DNA of 64,000 nucleotides from positions 50,034,001 through 50,098,000 of the forward strand of contig OZ241831.1 in NCBI GenBank assembly GCA_965202585.1, written 5' to 3'. The stretch is from Thalia democratica (Eukaryota). A model generated the notes under the pieces. That model saw nothing but the letters and a program-made list of their open reading frames with translations. It made no database searches and was not told the DNA's origin. The translations under genes were made by a program, and so were the position numbers. How positions within the stretch are numbered: position 1 is the stretch's first letter; each line of letters starts with the position of its first letter. Below, in pieces: positions 11,298 to 24,669 of this stretch.

Positions 11298-12408
11298 ATG
11301 CGCCAAGGTGGCCAAGTGCGCCAAGTCGCCAAGTCGCATTGTCTATTGATTTTATGTTGCTATAGAAATTCATTAGAACTCATAAGAAATCAATGCGTTT
11401 CGACACTGTTTCGAGGTCGTATGTTCATCGTTTTCATAAACGCCTCTTGTTTTCTTATCGAAGTAGCTATGCCGAAGCTAGTATATATACGCGTCAGTTC
11501 GGTTGGAAGTGTGAATTTGTGTGCAAAAAGTCCAGAGAAAGAGAGCTCATATATTCGAAAAGAAGAGAATTATGCAAATTTTCGGACACAATTTTTTAAT
11601 GATTTTGAGTCTACACCTGAAAGAGTTAGTGAAATCGACTGAAAACGAGTTTCACCGAAGGGAGTTTCTTCGACAAAGCGGCGTCCGGATTGGTTGAAAT
11701 AGAGCGGGAGTGGGGCAGGCAACTCAAGAGGTACCTCGAGTCGCTGCTGATCCGGTGCGAAGATCTGAACAACGTCAGAAAGCACCACGAAAAGTACATT
11801 GCCGAGCAGAAGAATTTCAAGAAGATTTGCCGCGGCGTGGCGCTGAAGGAAGAGCACAATCGAATGCAGAAAGTCGCTTGGGAGTGGGCATACAGGAAGG
11901 AGGGGGAAGCCCAGCTGGAGAACGTGTTCATCGGGTATTTTTCGTTTTTTCGAAAAATTTTCTTCGTGCAGAGCAGCTTAAGAGAAGAAGACAGGATTGC
12001 GCCCAATGGTTATTCTGTGAAGATCAACAACGAGTTAGACGCGGCTTCGGAAGCTTTTAAAAAGTTCAGTTCGGACAACGAGTTTTTTTAAACGACGCCG
12101 CCATCAAGCCGAACTTTTTAGTGGACGAACTGCTAGGTTATGAGATAAACGCCGGCAACGTACGCAACTTTTTCAACCACCGTGTGGCGAACGTGAGCAA
12201 CTATTCACCCGACTACGAGTTCGACGTTCGAAACATGGTCCGTTTCGTCAACGGGGAGAGCGGAATGAAGTCCATGGTGCCTGAGGTGCAGCGGGTGAGC
12301 AGGAAGCTCGCTGCAGGTAACAACTGCAAAATTTGCTTGAGTGAAGCAGAACAGGAGTTGAACTTGCTGAACAACAAATACGACTTTGAAAACATTAAGT
12401 TGAATTAA
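11298..12408 (+). pseudogene. Disrupted RING-less copy (unit 10, duplicate of unit 8)
   Basis: TGA at 11640-11642 plus the same indels as unit 8. Confidence 0.8.
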
Positions 12409-12503
12409 AACAATAACTTTCAAAGTTTTTTATTTAATTAATAACTAAATTTCATCAATGATAAGCTAAGTAAGTATTTAGATTTTTGCAATAAGAACTT
12501 ATC

Positions 12504-13625
12504 ATGCGCCAAGGTGGCCAAGTGCGCCAAGTCGCCAAGTCGCATTGTCTATTGATTTTATGTTGCTATAGAAATTCATTAGAACTCATAAGAAATCAAT
12601 GCGTTTCGACACTGTTTCGAGGTCGTATGTTCATCGTTTTCATAAACGCCTCTTGTTTTCTTATCGAAGTAGCTATGCCGAAGCTCGTATATATACGCGT
12701 CAGTTCGGTTGGAAGTGTGAATTTGTGTGCAAAAATTCCAGAGAAAGAGAGCTCATATATTCGAAAAAAAGAGAATTATGCAAATTTTCGGACACAATTT
12801 TTGAGTGATTTTGAGTCTACACCTGAAAGAGTTAGTGAAATCGACTGCGCAGAAACGAGTTTCACCGAAAGGAGTTTCTTCGACAAAGCGGCATCCGGAT
12901 TGGTTGAAATAGAGCGGGAGTGGGGCAGGCGACGGGCGTTCAAGAGGTACCTCGAGTCGCTGCTGCTCCAGTGCGAGAAACTGAACAACGTCAGAAAGCA
13001 CCACGAAAAGTACGTCGCCGAGCAGAAAAAGTTCAAGCAGTTTTGCCGCGGCGTGTCGCTGAAGGAAGAGCACAATCGAATGCAGAAAGTCGCTTGGGAG
13101 TGGGTTTACAGGAAGGAGGGGGGAGCCAAGCTGGAGAACGTGTTCATCGGGTATTTTTCGTTTTTTCGAAAAATTTTCCTCGTGCAGAGCAGCTTGAGAG
13201 AAGAAGACAGGATCGCGCCAAATGGTTGTTCTGTGAAGATCAACAACGAGTTGGACGCGGCTTCGGAAGCGTTTAAAAAGTTCAGTTCGGACAACGAGTT
13301 CTTTTTAAACGACGCCGCCATCAAGCCGCACTTTTTAGTGGACGAACTGCTGGATTATGAGATAAACGCCGGCAACGTACGCAACTTTTTCAACCACCGT
13401 GTGGCGCACGAGAGCAACTATTCACCCGACTACGAGTTCGACATTCGAAACATGGTCCGTTTCGTCAACGGGGAGAGCAGAATGAAGTCCATGGTGCCTG
13501 AGGTGCAGCGAGTGAGCAGGAAGCTCGCTGCAGGTAGCCACTGCAAAATTTGCTTGAGTGAAGCAGAACGAGAGTTGAACTTGCTGAACAGCAAATACGA
13601 CTTTGAAAACATTAAGTTGAATTAA
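12504..13625 (+). CDS. RING-less truncated paralog, intact ORF of 373 aa (unit 11, same protein as unit 9)
   Basis: Translation identical to 10079-11200. Confidence 0.6.
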   Translation: MRQGGQVRQVAKSHCLLILCCYRNSLELIRNQCVSTLFRGRMFIVFINASCFLIEVAMPKLVYIRVSSVGSVNLCAKIPEKESSYIRKKENYANFRTQFLSDFESTPERVSEIDCAETSFTERSFFDKAASGLVEIEREWGRRRAFKRYLESLLLQCEKLNNVRKHHEKYVAEQKKFKQFCRGVSLKEEHNRMQKVAWEWVYRKEGGAKLENVFIGYFSFFRKIFLVQSSLREEDRIAPNGCSVKINNELDAASEAFKKFSSDNEFFLNDAAIKPHFLVDELLDYEINAGNVRNFFNHRVAHESNYSPDYEFDIRNMVRFVNGESRMKSMVPEVQRVSRKLAAGSHCKICLSEAERELNLLNSKYDFENIKLN

Positions 13626-13722
13626 AACAATAACTTTCAAAGTTTTTTTTATTTAATTAATAACTAAATTTCATCAATGATAAGCTAAGTAAGTATTTAG
13701 ATTTTTGCAATAAGAACTTATC

Positions 13723-14844
13723 ATGCGCCAAGGTGGCCAAGTGCGCCAAGTCGCCAAGTCGCATTGTCTATTGATTTTATGTTGCTATAGAAATTCATTA
13801 GAACTCATAAGAAATCAATGCGTTTCGACACTGTTTCGAGGTCGTATGTTCATCGTTTTCATAAACGCCTCTTGTTTTCTTATCGAAGTAGCTATGCCGA
13901 AGCTAGTATATATACGCGTCAGTTCGGTTGGAAGTGTGAATTTGTGTGCAAAAATTCCAGAGAAAGAGAGCTCATATATTCGAAAAGAAGAGAATTATGC
14001 AAATTTTCGGACACAATTTTTGAATGATTTTGAGTCTACACCTGAAAGAGTTAGTGAAATCGACTGCGCAGAAACGAGTTTCACCGAAGGGAGTTTCTTC
14101 GACAAAGCGGCGTCCGGATTGGTTGAAATAGAGCGGGAGTGGGGCAGGCAACGGGCGTTCAAGAGGTACCTCGAGTCGCTGCTGATCCGGTGTGAGGAAC
14201 TGAACAACGTCAGAAAGCACCACGAAAAGTACATCGCCGAGCAGAAGAATTTCAAGCAATTTTGCCGCGGCGTGTCGCTGAAGGAAGAGCACAATCGAAT
14301 GCAGAAAGTCGCTTGGGAGTGGGTTTACAGGAAGGAGGGGGAAGCAAAGTTGGAGAACGTGTTCATCGGGTACTTTTCGTTTTTTCGAAAAATTTTCTTC
14401 GTGCAGAGCAGATTGAGAGAAGAAGACATTATTGCGCCCAATGGTTATTCTGTGCAGATCAACAACGAGTTAGACGCGGCTTAAGAAACGTTTAAAAAGT
14501 TCAGTTTGGACAACGAGTTCTTTTTGAACAACGCCGCCATCAAGCCGAACTTTTTAATGGACGAACTGCTAGGTTATGAGATAAACGCCGGCAACATTTG
14601 CAACTTTTTCAACCTCCGTGTGGCGCACGTGAGCAACTACTCACCCGACTACGAGTTTGACGTTCGAAACATGGTCCGTTTCGTCAACGGGGAGAGCAGA
14701 ATGAAGTCCATGGTGCCTGAGGTGCAACGGGTGAGCAGGAAGCTCACTGCAGGTAACCACTGCAAAATTTGCTTGAGTGAAGCAGAACGAGAGTTGAATT
14801 TACTGAACAGCAAATACGACTTTGAAAACATTAAGTTGAATTAA
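13723..14844 (+). pseudogene. Disrupted RING-less copy (unit 12)
   Basis: TCG>TAA at 14482-14484. Confidence 0.8.
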
Positions 14845-14941
14845 AACAATAACTTTCAAAGTTTTTTTTATTTAATTAATAACTAAATTTCATCAATGAT
14901 AAACAAAGTAAGTATTTAGATTTTTGCAATAAGAACTTATC

Positions 14942-16063
14942 ATGCGCCAAGGTGGCCAAGTGCGCCAAGTCGCCAAGTCGCATTGTCTATTGATTTTATG
15001 TTGCTATAGAAATTCATTAGAACTCATAAGAAATCAATGCGTTTCGACACTGTTTCGAGGTCGTATGTTCATCGTTTTCATAAACGCCTCTTGTTTTCTT
15101 ATCGAAGTAGCTATGCCGAAGCTAGTATATATACGCGTCAGTTCGGTTGGAAGTGTGAATTTGTGTGCAAAAATTCCAGAGAAAGAGAGCTCATATATTC
15201 GAAAAGAAGAGAATTATGCAAATTTTCGGACACAATTTTTGAATGATTTTGAGTCTACACCTGAAAGAGTTAGTGAAATCGACTGCGCAGAAACGAGTTT
15301 CACCGAAGGGAGTTTCTTCGACAAAGCGGCGTCCGGATTGGTTGAAATAGAGCGGGAGTGGGGCAGGCAACGGGCGTTCAAGAGGTACCTCGAGTCGCTG
15401 CTGATCCGGTGCGAGGAACTGAACAACGTCAGAAAGCACCACGAAAAGTACATCGCCGAGCAGAAGAATTTCAAGCAATTTTGCCGCGGCGTGTCGCTGA
15501 AGGAAGAGCACAATCGAATGCAGAAAGTCGCTTGGGAGTGGGTTTACAGGAAGGAGGGGGAAGCAAAGTTGGAGAACGTGTTCATCGGGTACTTTTCGTT
15601 TTTTCGAAAAATTTTCTTCGTGCAGAGCAGATTGAGAGAAGAAGACATTATTGCGCCCAATGGTTATTCTGTGCAGATCAACAACGAGTTAGACGCGGCT
15701 TAAGAAACGTTTAAAAAGTTCAGTTTGGACAACGAGTTCTTTTTGAACAACGCCGCCATCAAGCCGAACTTTTTAATGGACGAACTGCTAGGTTATGAGA
15801 TAAACGCCGGCAACATTTGCAACTTTTTCAACCTCCGTGTGGCGCACGTGAGCAACTACTCACCCGACTACGAGTTTGACGTTCGAAACATGGTCCGTTT
15901 CGTCAACGGGGAGAGCAGAATGAAGTCCATGGTGCCTGAGGTGCAACGGGTGAGCAGGAAGCTCACTGCAGGTAACCACTGCAAAATTTGCTTGAGTGAA
16001 GCAGAACGAGAGTTGAATTTACTGAACAGCAAATACGACTTTGAAAACATTAAGTTGAATTAA
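14942..16063 (+). pseudogene. Disrupted RING-less copy (unit 13)
   Basis: Same TAA, at 15701-15703. Confidence 0.8.
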
Positions 16064-16160
16064 AACAATAACTTTCAAAGTTTTTTTTATTTAATTAATA
16101 ACTAAATTTCATCAATGATAAACAAAGTAAGTATTTAGATTTTTGCAATAAGAACTTATC

Positions 16161-17282
16161 ATGCGCCAAGGTGGCCAAGTGCGCCAAGTCGCCAAGTCGC
16201 ATTGTCTATTGATTTTATGTTGCTATAGAAATTCATTAGAACTCATAAGAAATCAATGCGTTTCGACACTGTTTCGAGGTCGTATGTTCATCGTTTTCAT
16301 AAACGCCTCTTGTTTTCTTATCGAAGTAGCTATGCCGAAGCTAGTATATATACGCGTCAGTTCGGTTGGAAGTGTGAATTTGTGTGCAAAAATTCCAGAG
16401 AAAGAGAGCTCATATATTCGAAAAGAAGAGAATTATGCAAATTTTCGGACACAATTTTTGAATGATTTTGAGTCTACACCTGAAAGAGTTAGTGAAATCG
16501 ACTGCGCAGAAACGAGTTTCACCGAAGGGAGTTTCTTCGACAAAGCGGCGTCCGGATTGGTTGAAATAGAGCGGGAGTGGGGCAGGCAACGGGCGTTCAA
16601 GAGGTACCTCGAGTCGCTGCTGATCCGGTGCGAGGAACTGAACAACGTCAGAAAGCACCACGAAAAGTACATCGCCGAGCAGAAGAATTTCAAGCAATTT
16701 TGCCGCGGCGTGTCGCTGAAGGAAGAGCACAATCGAATGCAGAAAGTCGCTTGGGAGTGGGTTTACAGGAAGGAGGGGGAAGCAAAGTTGGAGAACGTGT
16801 TCATCGGGTACTTTTCGTTTTTTCGAAAAATTTTCTTCGTGCAGAGCAGATTGAGAGAAGAAGACATTATTGCGCCCAATGGTTATTCTGTGCAGATCAA
16901 CAACGAGTTAGACGCGGCTTAAGAAACGTTTAAAAAGTTCAGTTTGGACAACGAGTTCTTTTTGAACAACGCCGCCATCAAGCCGAACTTTTTAATGGAC
17001 GAACTGCTAGGTTATGAGATAAACGCCGGCAACATTTGCAACTTTTTCAACCTCCGTGTGGCGCACGTGAGCAACTACTCACCCGACTACGAGTTTGACG
17101 TTCGAAACATGGTCCGTTTCGTCAACGGGGAGAGCAGAATGAAGTCCATGGTGCCTGAGGTGCAACGGGTGAGCAGGAAGCTCACTGCAGGTAACCACTG
17201 CAAAATTTGCTTGAGTGAAGCAGAACGAGAGTTGAATTTACTGAACAGCAAATACGACTTTGAAAACATTAAGTTGAATTAA
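16161..17282 (+). pseudogene. Disrupted RING-less copy (unit 14)
   Basis: Same TAA, at 16920-16922. Confidence 0.8.
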
Positions 17283-17379
17283 AACAATAACTTTCAAAGT
17301 TTTTTTTATTTAATTAATAACTAAATTTCATCAATGATAAACAAAGTAAGTATTTAGATTTTTGCAATAAGAACTTATC

Positions 17380-18493
17380 ATGCGCCAAGGTGGCCAAGTG
17401 CGCCAAGTCGCCAAGTCGCATTGTCTATTGATTTTATGTTGCTATAGAAATTCATTAGAACTCATAAGAAATCAATGCGTTTCGACACTGTTTCGAGGTC
17501 GTATGTTCATCGTTTTCATAAACGCCTCTTGTTTTCTTATCGAAGTAGCTATGCCGAAGCTCGTATATATATGCGTCAGTTCGGTTGGAAGTGTGAATTT
17601 GTGTGCAAAAAGTCCAGAGCGAGAGAGCTCATATATTCGAAAAGAAGAGAATTATGCAAATTTTCGGACACAATTTTTTAATGATTTTGAGTCTACACCT
17701 GAAAGAGTTAGTGAAATCGACACAGTTGAAACGAGTTTCACCGAAGGGAGTTTCTTCGACAAAGCGGCGTCCGGATTGGTTGAAATAGAGCGGGAGTGGG
17801 GCAGACGACGGCCGTTTAAAAGGTACCTCGAGTCGCTGCTGATCCAGTGCGAGAAACTGAACAACGTCAGAAAGCACCACGAAAAGTACATCGCCGAGCA
17901 GAAGAATTTCAAGCAGTTTTGCCGCGGCGTGGCGCTGAAGGAAGAACACAATCGAATGCAGAAAGTCGCTTGGGAGTAGGTTTACAGGAAGGAGGGGGGA
18001 GCCAAGCTGGAGAACGTGTTCATCGGGTACTTTTCGTTTTTTCGAAAAATTTTCTTTTTGCTTGAGAGAAGAAGACAGGATCGCGCCAAATGGTTGTTCT
18101 GTGAAGATCAACAACGAATTAAACGCGGCTTCGGAAGCGTTTAAAAAGTTCAGTTCGGACAACGAGTTCTTTTTAAACAACGCCGCCATCAAGCCGAACT
18201 TTTTAGTGGACGAGCTGCTGGGTTATGAGATAAACGCCGGCAACGTACGCAACTTTTTCAACCACCGTGTGGCGCACGTGAGCAACTACTCACCCGACTA
18301 CGAGTTCGACGTTTGAAACATGGTCCGTTTCGTCAACGGGGAGAGCAGAATGAAGTCCATGGTGCCTGAGGTGCAGCGGGTGAGCAGGAAGCTCGCTGCA
18401 GGTAACCACTGCAAAATTTGCTTGGATAAAGCAGAACGGGAGTTGAATTTACTGAACAGCAAATACGACTTTGAAAACATTAAGATGAATTAC
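17380..18493 (+). pseudogene. Disrupted RING-less copy (unit 15)
   Basis: TGG>TAG at 17977-17979, 8-bp deletion near 18060, CGA>TGA at 18314-18316. Confidence 0.8.
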
Positions 18494-18590
18494 AACAATA
18501 ACTTTCAAAGTTTTTTTTTATTTATTAATAACTAAATTTCATCAATGATAAACAAAGTAAGTACTTAGATTTTTGCAATAAGAACTTATC

Positions 18591-19712
18591 ATGCGCCAAG
18601 GTGGCCAAGTGCGCCAAGTCGCCAAGTCGCATTGTCTATTGATTTTATGTTGCTATAGAAATTCATTAGAACTCATAAGAAATCAATGCGTTTCGACACT
18701 GTTTCGAGGTCGTATGTTCATCGTTTTCATAAACGCCTCTTGTTTTCTTATCGAAGTAGCTATGCCGAAGCTAGTATATATACGCGTCAGTTCGGTTGGA
18801 AGTGTGAATTTGTGTGCAAAAAGTCCAGAGTAAGAGAGCTCATATATTCGAAAAGAAGAGAATTATGCAAATTTTCGGACACGATTTTTTAATGATTTTG
18901 AGTCTACACCTGAAAGAGTTAGTGAAATCGACTGCGCAGAAACGAGTTTCACCGAAGGGAGTTTCTTCGACAAAGCGGCGTCCGGATTGGTTGAAATAGA
19001 GCGGGAGTGGGGCAGGCAACGGGCGTACAAGAGGCACCTCGAGTCGCTGCTGCTTCAGTGCGAGAAAGTGAACAACGTCAGAAAGCACCACGAAAAGTAC
19101 ATCGCCGAGCAGAAGAAGTTCAAGCAATTTTGCCGCGGCGTGGCGCTGAAGGAAGAGCACAATCGAATGCAGAAAGTCGCTTGGGAGTATGTTTACAGGA
19201 AGGAGGGGTAAGCCAAGCTGGAGAACGTGTTCATCGGGTACTTTTCGTTTTTTCGAAAAATTTTCTTCGTGCAGAGCAGCTTGAGAGAAGAAGACAGGAT
19301 TGCGCCAAATGGTTGTTCTGTGCAGATCAACAACGAGTTAGACGCGGCTTCGGAAGCGTTTAAAAAGTTCAGTTCGGACAACGAGTTCTTTTTAAACAAC
19401 GCCGCCATCAAACCGAACTTTTTAGTGGACGAACTGCTGGGTTATGAGATAAACGCCGGCAACGTACGCAACTTTTTCAACCACCGTGTGGCGCACGTGA
19501 GGAACTATTCACCCGACTACGAGTTCGACGTTCGAAACATGGTCCGTTTCGTCAACGGGGAGAGCAGAATGAAGTCCATGGTGCCTGAGGTGCAGCGGGT
19601 GAGCAGGAAGCTCGCTGCAGGTAACAACTGCAAAATTTGCTTGAGTGAAGCAGAACGAGAGTTGAACTTGCTGAACAGCAAATACGACTTTGAAAACATT
19701 AAGTTGAATTAA
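18591..19712 (+). pseudogene. Disrupted RING-less copy (unit 16)
   Basis: AAA>TAA at 18831-18833 and GAA>TAA at 19209-19211. Confidence 0.8.
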
Positions 19713-19809
19713 AACAATAACTTTCAAAGTTTTTTTTATTTAATTAATAACTAAATTTCATCAATGATAAGCTAAGTAAGTATTTAGATTTTTGCAATAA
19801 GAACTTATC

Positions 19810-20923
19810 ATGCGCCAAGGTGGCCAAGTGCGCCAATTCGCCAAGTCGCATTGTCTATTGATTTTATGTTGCTATAGAAATTCATTAGAACTCATAAGAA
19901 ATCAATGCGTTTCGACACTGTTTCGAGGTCGTATGTTCATCGTTTTCATAAACGCCTCTTGTTTTCTTATCGAAGTAGCTATGCCGAAGCTCGTATATAT
20001 ATGCGTCAGTTCGGTTGGAAGTGTGAATTTGTGTGCAAAAAGTCCAGAGCGAGAGAGCTCATATATTCGAAAAGAAGAGAATTATGCAAATTTTCGGACA
20101 CAATTTTTTAATGATTTTGAGTCTACACCTGAAAGAGTTAGTGAAATCGACACAGTTGAAACGAGTTTCACCGAAGGGAGTTTCTTCGACAAAGCGGCGT
20201 CCGGATTGGTTGAAATAGAGCGGGAGTGGGGCAGACGACGGCCGTTTAAAAGGTACCTCGAGTCGCTGCTGATCCAGTGCGAGAAACTGAACAACGTCAG
20301 AAAGCACCACGAAAAGTACATCGCCGAGCAGAAGAATTTCAAGCAGTTTTGCCGCGGCGTGGCGCTGAAGGAAGAACACAATCGAATGCAGAAAGTCGCT
20401 TGGGAGTAGGTTTACAGGAAGGAGGGGGGAGCCAAGCTGGAGAACGTGTTCATCGGGTACTTTTCGTTTTTTCGAAAAATTTTCTTTTTGCTTGAGAGAA
20501 GAAGACAGGATCGCGCCAAATGGTTGTTCTGTGAAGATCAACAACGAATTAAACGCGGCTTCGGAAGCGTTTAAAAAGTTCAGTTCGGACAACGAGTTCT
20601 TTTTAAACAACGCCGCCATCAAGCCGAACTTTTTAGTGGACGAGCTGCTGGGTTATGAGATAAACGCCGGCAACGTACGCAACTTTTTCAACCACCGTGT
20701 GGCGCACGTGAGCAACTACTCACCCGACTACGAGTTCGACGTTTGAAACATGGTCCGTTTCGTCAACGGGGAGAGCAGAATGAAGTCCATGGTGCCTGAG
20801 GTGCAGCGGGTGAGCAGGAAGCTCGCTGCAGGTAACCACTGCAAAATTTGCTTGGATAAAGCAGAACGGGAGTTGAATTTACTGAACAGCAAATACGACT
20901 TTGAAAACATTAAGATGAATTAC
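19810..20923 (+). pseudogene. Disrupted RING-less copy (unit 17, duplicate of unit 15)
   Basis: Same lesions as unit 15, offset 2430 bp. Confidence 0.8.
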
Positions 20924-21020
20924 AACAATAACTTTCAAAGTTTTTTTTTATTTATTAATAACTAAATTTCATCAATGATAAACAAAGTAAGTACTTAGAT
21001 TTTTGCAATAAGAACTTATC

Positions 21021-22142
21021 ATGCGCCAAGGTGGCCAAGTGCGCCAAGTCGCCAAGTCGCATTGTCTATTGATTTTATGTTGCTATAGAAATTCATTAGA
21101 ACTCATAAGAAATCAATGCGTTTCGACACTGTTTCGAGGTCGTATGTTCATCGTTTTCATAAACGCCTCTTGTTTTCTTATCGAAGTAGCTATGCCGAAG
21201 CTAGTATATATACGCGTCAGTTCGGTTGGAAGTGTGAATTTGTGTGCAAAAAGTCCAGAGTAAGAGAGCTCATATATTCGAAAAGAAGAGAATTATGCAA
21301 ATTTTCGGACACGATTTTTTAATGATTTTGAGTCTACACCTGAAAGAGTTAGTGAAATCGACTGCGCAGAAACGAGTTTCACCGAAGGGAGTTTCTTCGA
21401 CAAAGCGGCGTCCGGATTGGTTGAAATAGAGCGGGAGTGGGGCAGGCAACGGGCGTACAAGAGGCACCTCGAGTCGCTGCTGCTTCAGTGCGAGAAAGTG
21501 AACAACGTCAGAAAGCACCACGAAAAGTACATCGCCGAGCAGAAGAAGTTCAAGCAATTTTGCCGCGGCGTGGCGCTGAAGGAAGAGCACAATCGAATGC
21601 AGAAAGTCGCTTGGGAGTATGTTTACAGGAAGGAGGGGTAAGCCAAGCTGGAGAACGTGTTCATCGGGTACTTTTCGTTTTTTCGAAAAATTTTCTTCGT
21701 GCAGAGCAGCTTGAGAGAAGAAGACAGGATTGCGCCAAATGGTTGTTCTGTGCAGATCAACAACGAGTTAGACGCGGCTTCGGAAGCGTTTAAAAAGTTC
21801 AGTTCGGACAACGAGTTCTTTTTAAACAACGCCGCCATCAAACCGAACTTTTTAGTGGACGAACTGCTGGGTTATGAGATAAACGCCGGCAACGTACGCA
21901 ACTTTTTCAACCACCGTGTGGCGCACGTGAGGAACTATTCACCCGACTACGAGTTCGACGTTCGAAACATGGTCCGTTTCGTCAACGGGGAGAGCAGAAT
22001 GAAGTCCATGGTGCCTGAGGTGCAGCGGGTGAGCAGGAAGCTCGCTGCAGGTAACAACTGCAAAATTTGCTTGAGTGAAGCAGAACGAGAGTTGAACTTG
22101 CTGAACAGCAAATACGACTTTGAAAACATTAAGTTGAATTAA
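21021..22142 (+). pseudogene. Disrupted RING-less copy (unit 18, duplicate of unit 16)
   Basis: Same lesions as unit 16, offset 2430 bp. Confidence 0.8.
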
Positions 22143-22239
22143 AACAATAACTTTCAAAGTTTTTTTTATTTAATTAATAACTAAATTTCATCAATGATAA
22201 GCTAAGTAAGTATTTAGATTTTTGCAATAAGAACTTATC

Positions 22240-23353
22240 ATGCGCCAAGGTGGCCAAGTGCGCCAAGTCGCCAAGTCGCATTGTCTATTGATTTTATGTT
22301 GCTATAGAAATTCATTAGAACTCATAAGAAATCAATGCGTTTCGACACTGTTTCGAGGTCGTATGTTCATCGTTTTCATAAACGCCTCTTGTTTTCTTAT
22401 CGAAGTAGCTATGCCGAAGCTCGTATATATATGCGTCAGTTCGGTTGGAAGTGTGAATTTGTGTGCAAAAAGTCCAGAGCGAGAGAGCTCATATATTCGA
22501 AAAGAAGAGAATTATGCAAATTTTCGGACACAATTTTTTAATGATTTTGAGTCTACACCTGAAAGAGTTAGTGAAATCGACACAGTTGAAACGAGTTTCA
22601 CCGAAGGGAGTTTCTTCGACAAAGCGGCGTCCGGATTGGTTGAAATAGAGCGGGAGTGGGGCAGACGACGGCCGTTTAAAAGGTACCTCGAGTCGCTGCT
22701 GATCCAGTGCGAGAAACTGAACAACGTCAGAAAGCACCACGAAAAGTACATCGCCGAGCAGAAGAATTTCAAGCAGTTTTGCCGCGGCGTGGCGCTGAAG
22801 GAAGAACACAATCGAATGCAGAAAGTCGCTTGGGAGTAGGTTTACAGGAAGGAGGGGGGAGCCAAGCTGGAGAACGTGTTCATCGGGTACTTTTCGTTTT
22901 TTCGAAAAATTTTCTTTTTGCTTGAGAGAAGAAGACAGGATCGCGCCAAATGGTTGTTCTGTGAAGATCAACAACGAATTAAACGCGGCTTCGGAAGCGT
23001 TTAAAAAGTTCAGTTCGGACAACGAGTTCTTTTTAAACAACGCCGCCATCAAGCCGAACTTTTTAGTGGACGAGCTGCTGGGTTATGAGATAAACGCCGG
23101 CAACGTACGCAACTTTTTCAACCACCGTGTGGCGCACGTGAGCAACTACTCACCCGACTACGAGTTCGACGTTTGAAACATGGTCCGTTTCGTCAACGGG
23201 GAGAGCAGAATGAAGTCCATGGTGCCTGAGGTGCAGCGGGTGAGCAGGAAGCTCGCTGCAGGTAACCACTGCAAAATTTGCTTGGATAAAGCAGAACGGG
23301 AGTTGAATTTACTGAACAGCAAATACGACTTTGAAAACATTAAGATGAATTAC
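22240..23353 (+). pseudogene. Disrupted RING-less copy (unit 19, duplicate of unit 15)
   Basis: Same lesions as unit 15, offset 4860 bp. Confidence 0.8.
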
Positions 23354-23450
23354 AACAATAACTTTCAAAGTTTTTTTTTATTTATTAATAACTAAATTTC
23401 ATCAATGATAAACAAAGTAAGTACTTAGATTTTTGCAATAAGAACTTATC

Positions 23451-24572
23451 ATGCGCCAAGGTGGCCAAGTGCGCCAAGTCGCCAAGTCGCATTGTCTATT
23501 GATTTTATGTTGCTATAGAAATTCATTAGAACTCATAAGAAATCAATGCGTTTCGACACTGTTTCGAGGTCGTATGTTCATCGTTTTCATAAACGCCTCT
23601 TGTTTTCTTATCGAAGTAGCTATGCCGAAGCTAGTATATATACGCGTCAGTTCGGTTGGAAGTGTGAATTTGTGTGCAAAAAGTCCAGAGTAAGAGAGCT
23701 CATATATTCGAAAAGAAGAGAATTATGCAAATTTTCGGACACGATTTTTTAATGATTTTGAGTCTACACCTGAAAGAGTTAGTGAAATCGACTGCGCAGA
23801 AACGAGTTTCACCGAAGGGAGTTTCTTCGACAAAGCGGCGTCCGGATTGGTTGAAATAGAGCGGGAGTGGGGCAGGCAACGGGCGTACAAGAGGCACCTC
23901 GAGTCGCTGCTGCTTCAGTGCGAGAAAGTGAACAACGTCAGAAAGCACCACGAAAAGTACATCGCCGAGCAGAAGAAGTTCAAGCAATTTTGCCGCGGCG
24001 TGGCGCTGAAGGAAGAGCACAATCGAATGCAGAAAGTCGCTTGGGAGTATGTTTACAGGAAGGAGGGGTAAGCCAAGCTGGAGAACGTGTTCATCGGGTA
24101 CTTTTCGTTTTTTCGAAAAATTTTCTTCGTGCAGAGCAGCTTGAGAGAAGAAGACAGGATTGCGCCAAATGGTTGTTCTGTGCAGATCAACAACGAGTTA
24201 GACGCGGCTTCGGAAGCGTTTAAAAAGTTCAGTTCGGACAACGAGTTCTTTTTAAACAACGCCGCCATCAAACCGAACTTTTTAGTGGACGAACTGCTGG
24301 GTTATGAGATAAACGCCGGCAACGTACGCAACTTTTTCAACCACCGTGTGGCGCACGTGAGGAACTATTCACCCGACTACGAGTTCGACGTTCGAAACAT
24401 GGTCCGTTTCGTCAACGGGGAGAGCAGAATGAAGTCCATGGTGCCTGAGGTGCAGCGGGTGAGCAGGAAGCTCGCTGCAGGTAACAACTGCAAAATTTGC
24501 TTGAGTGAAGCAGAACGAGAGTTGAACTTGCTGAACAGCAAATACGACTTTGAAAACATTAAGTTGAATTAA
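23451..24572 (+). pseudogene. Disrupted RING-less copy (unit 20, duplicate of unit 16)
   Basis: Same lesions as unit 16, offset 4860 bp. Confidence 0.8.
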
Positions 24573-24669
24573 AACAATAACTTTCAAAGTTTTTTTTATT
24601 TAATTAATAACTAAATTTCATCAATGATAAGCTAAGTAAGTATTTAGATTTTTGCAATAAGAACTTATC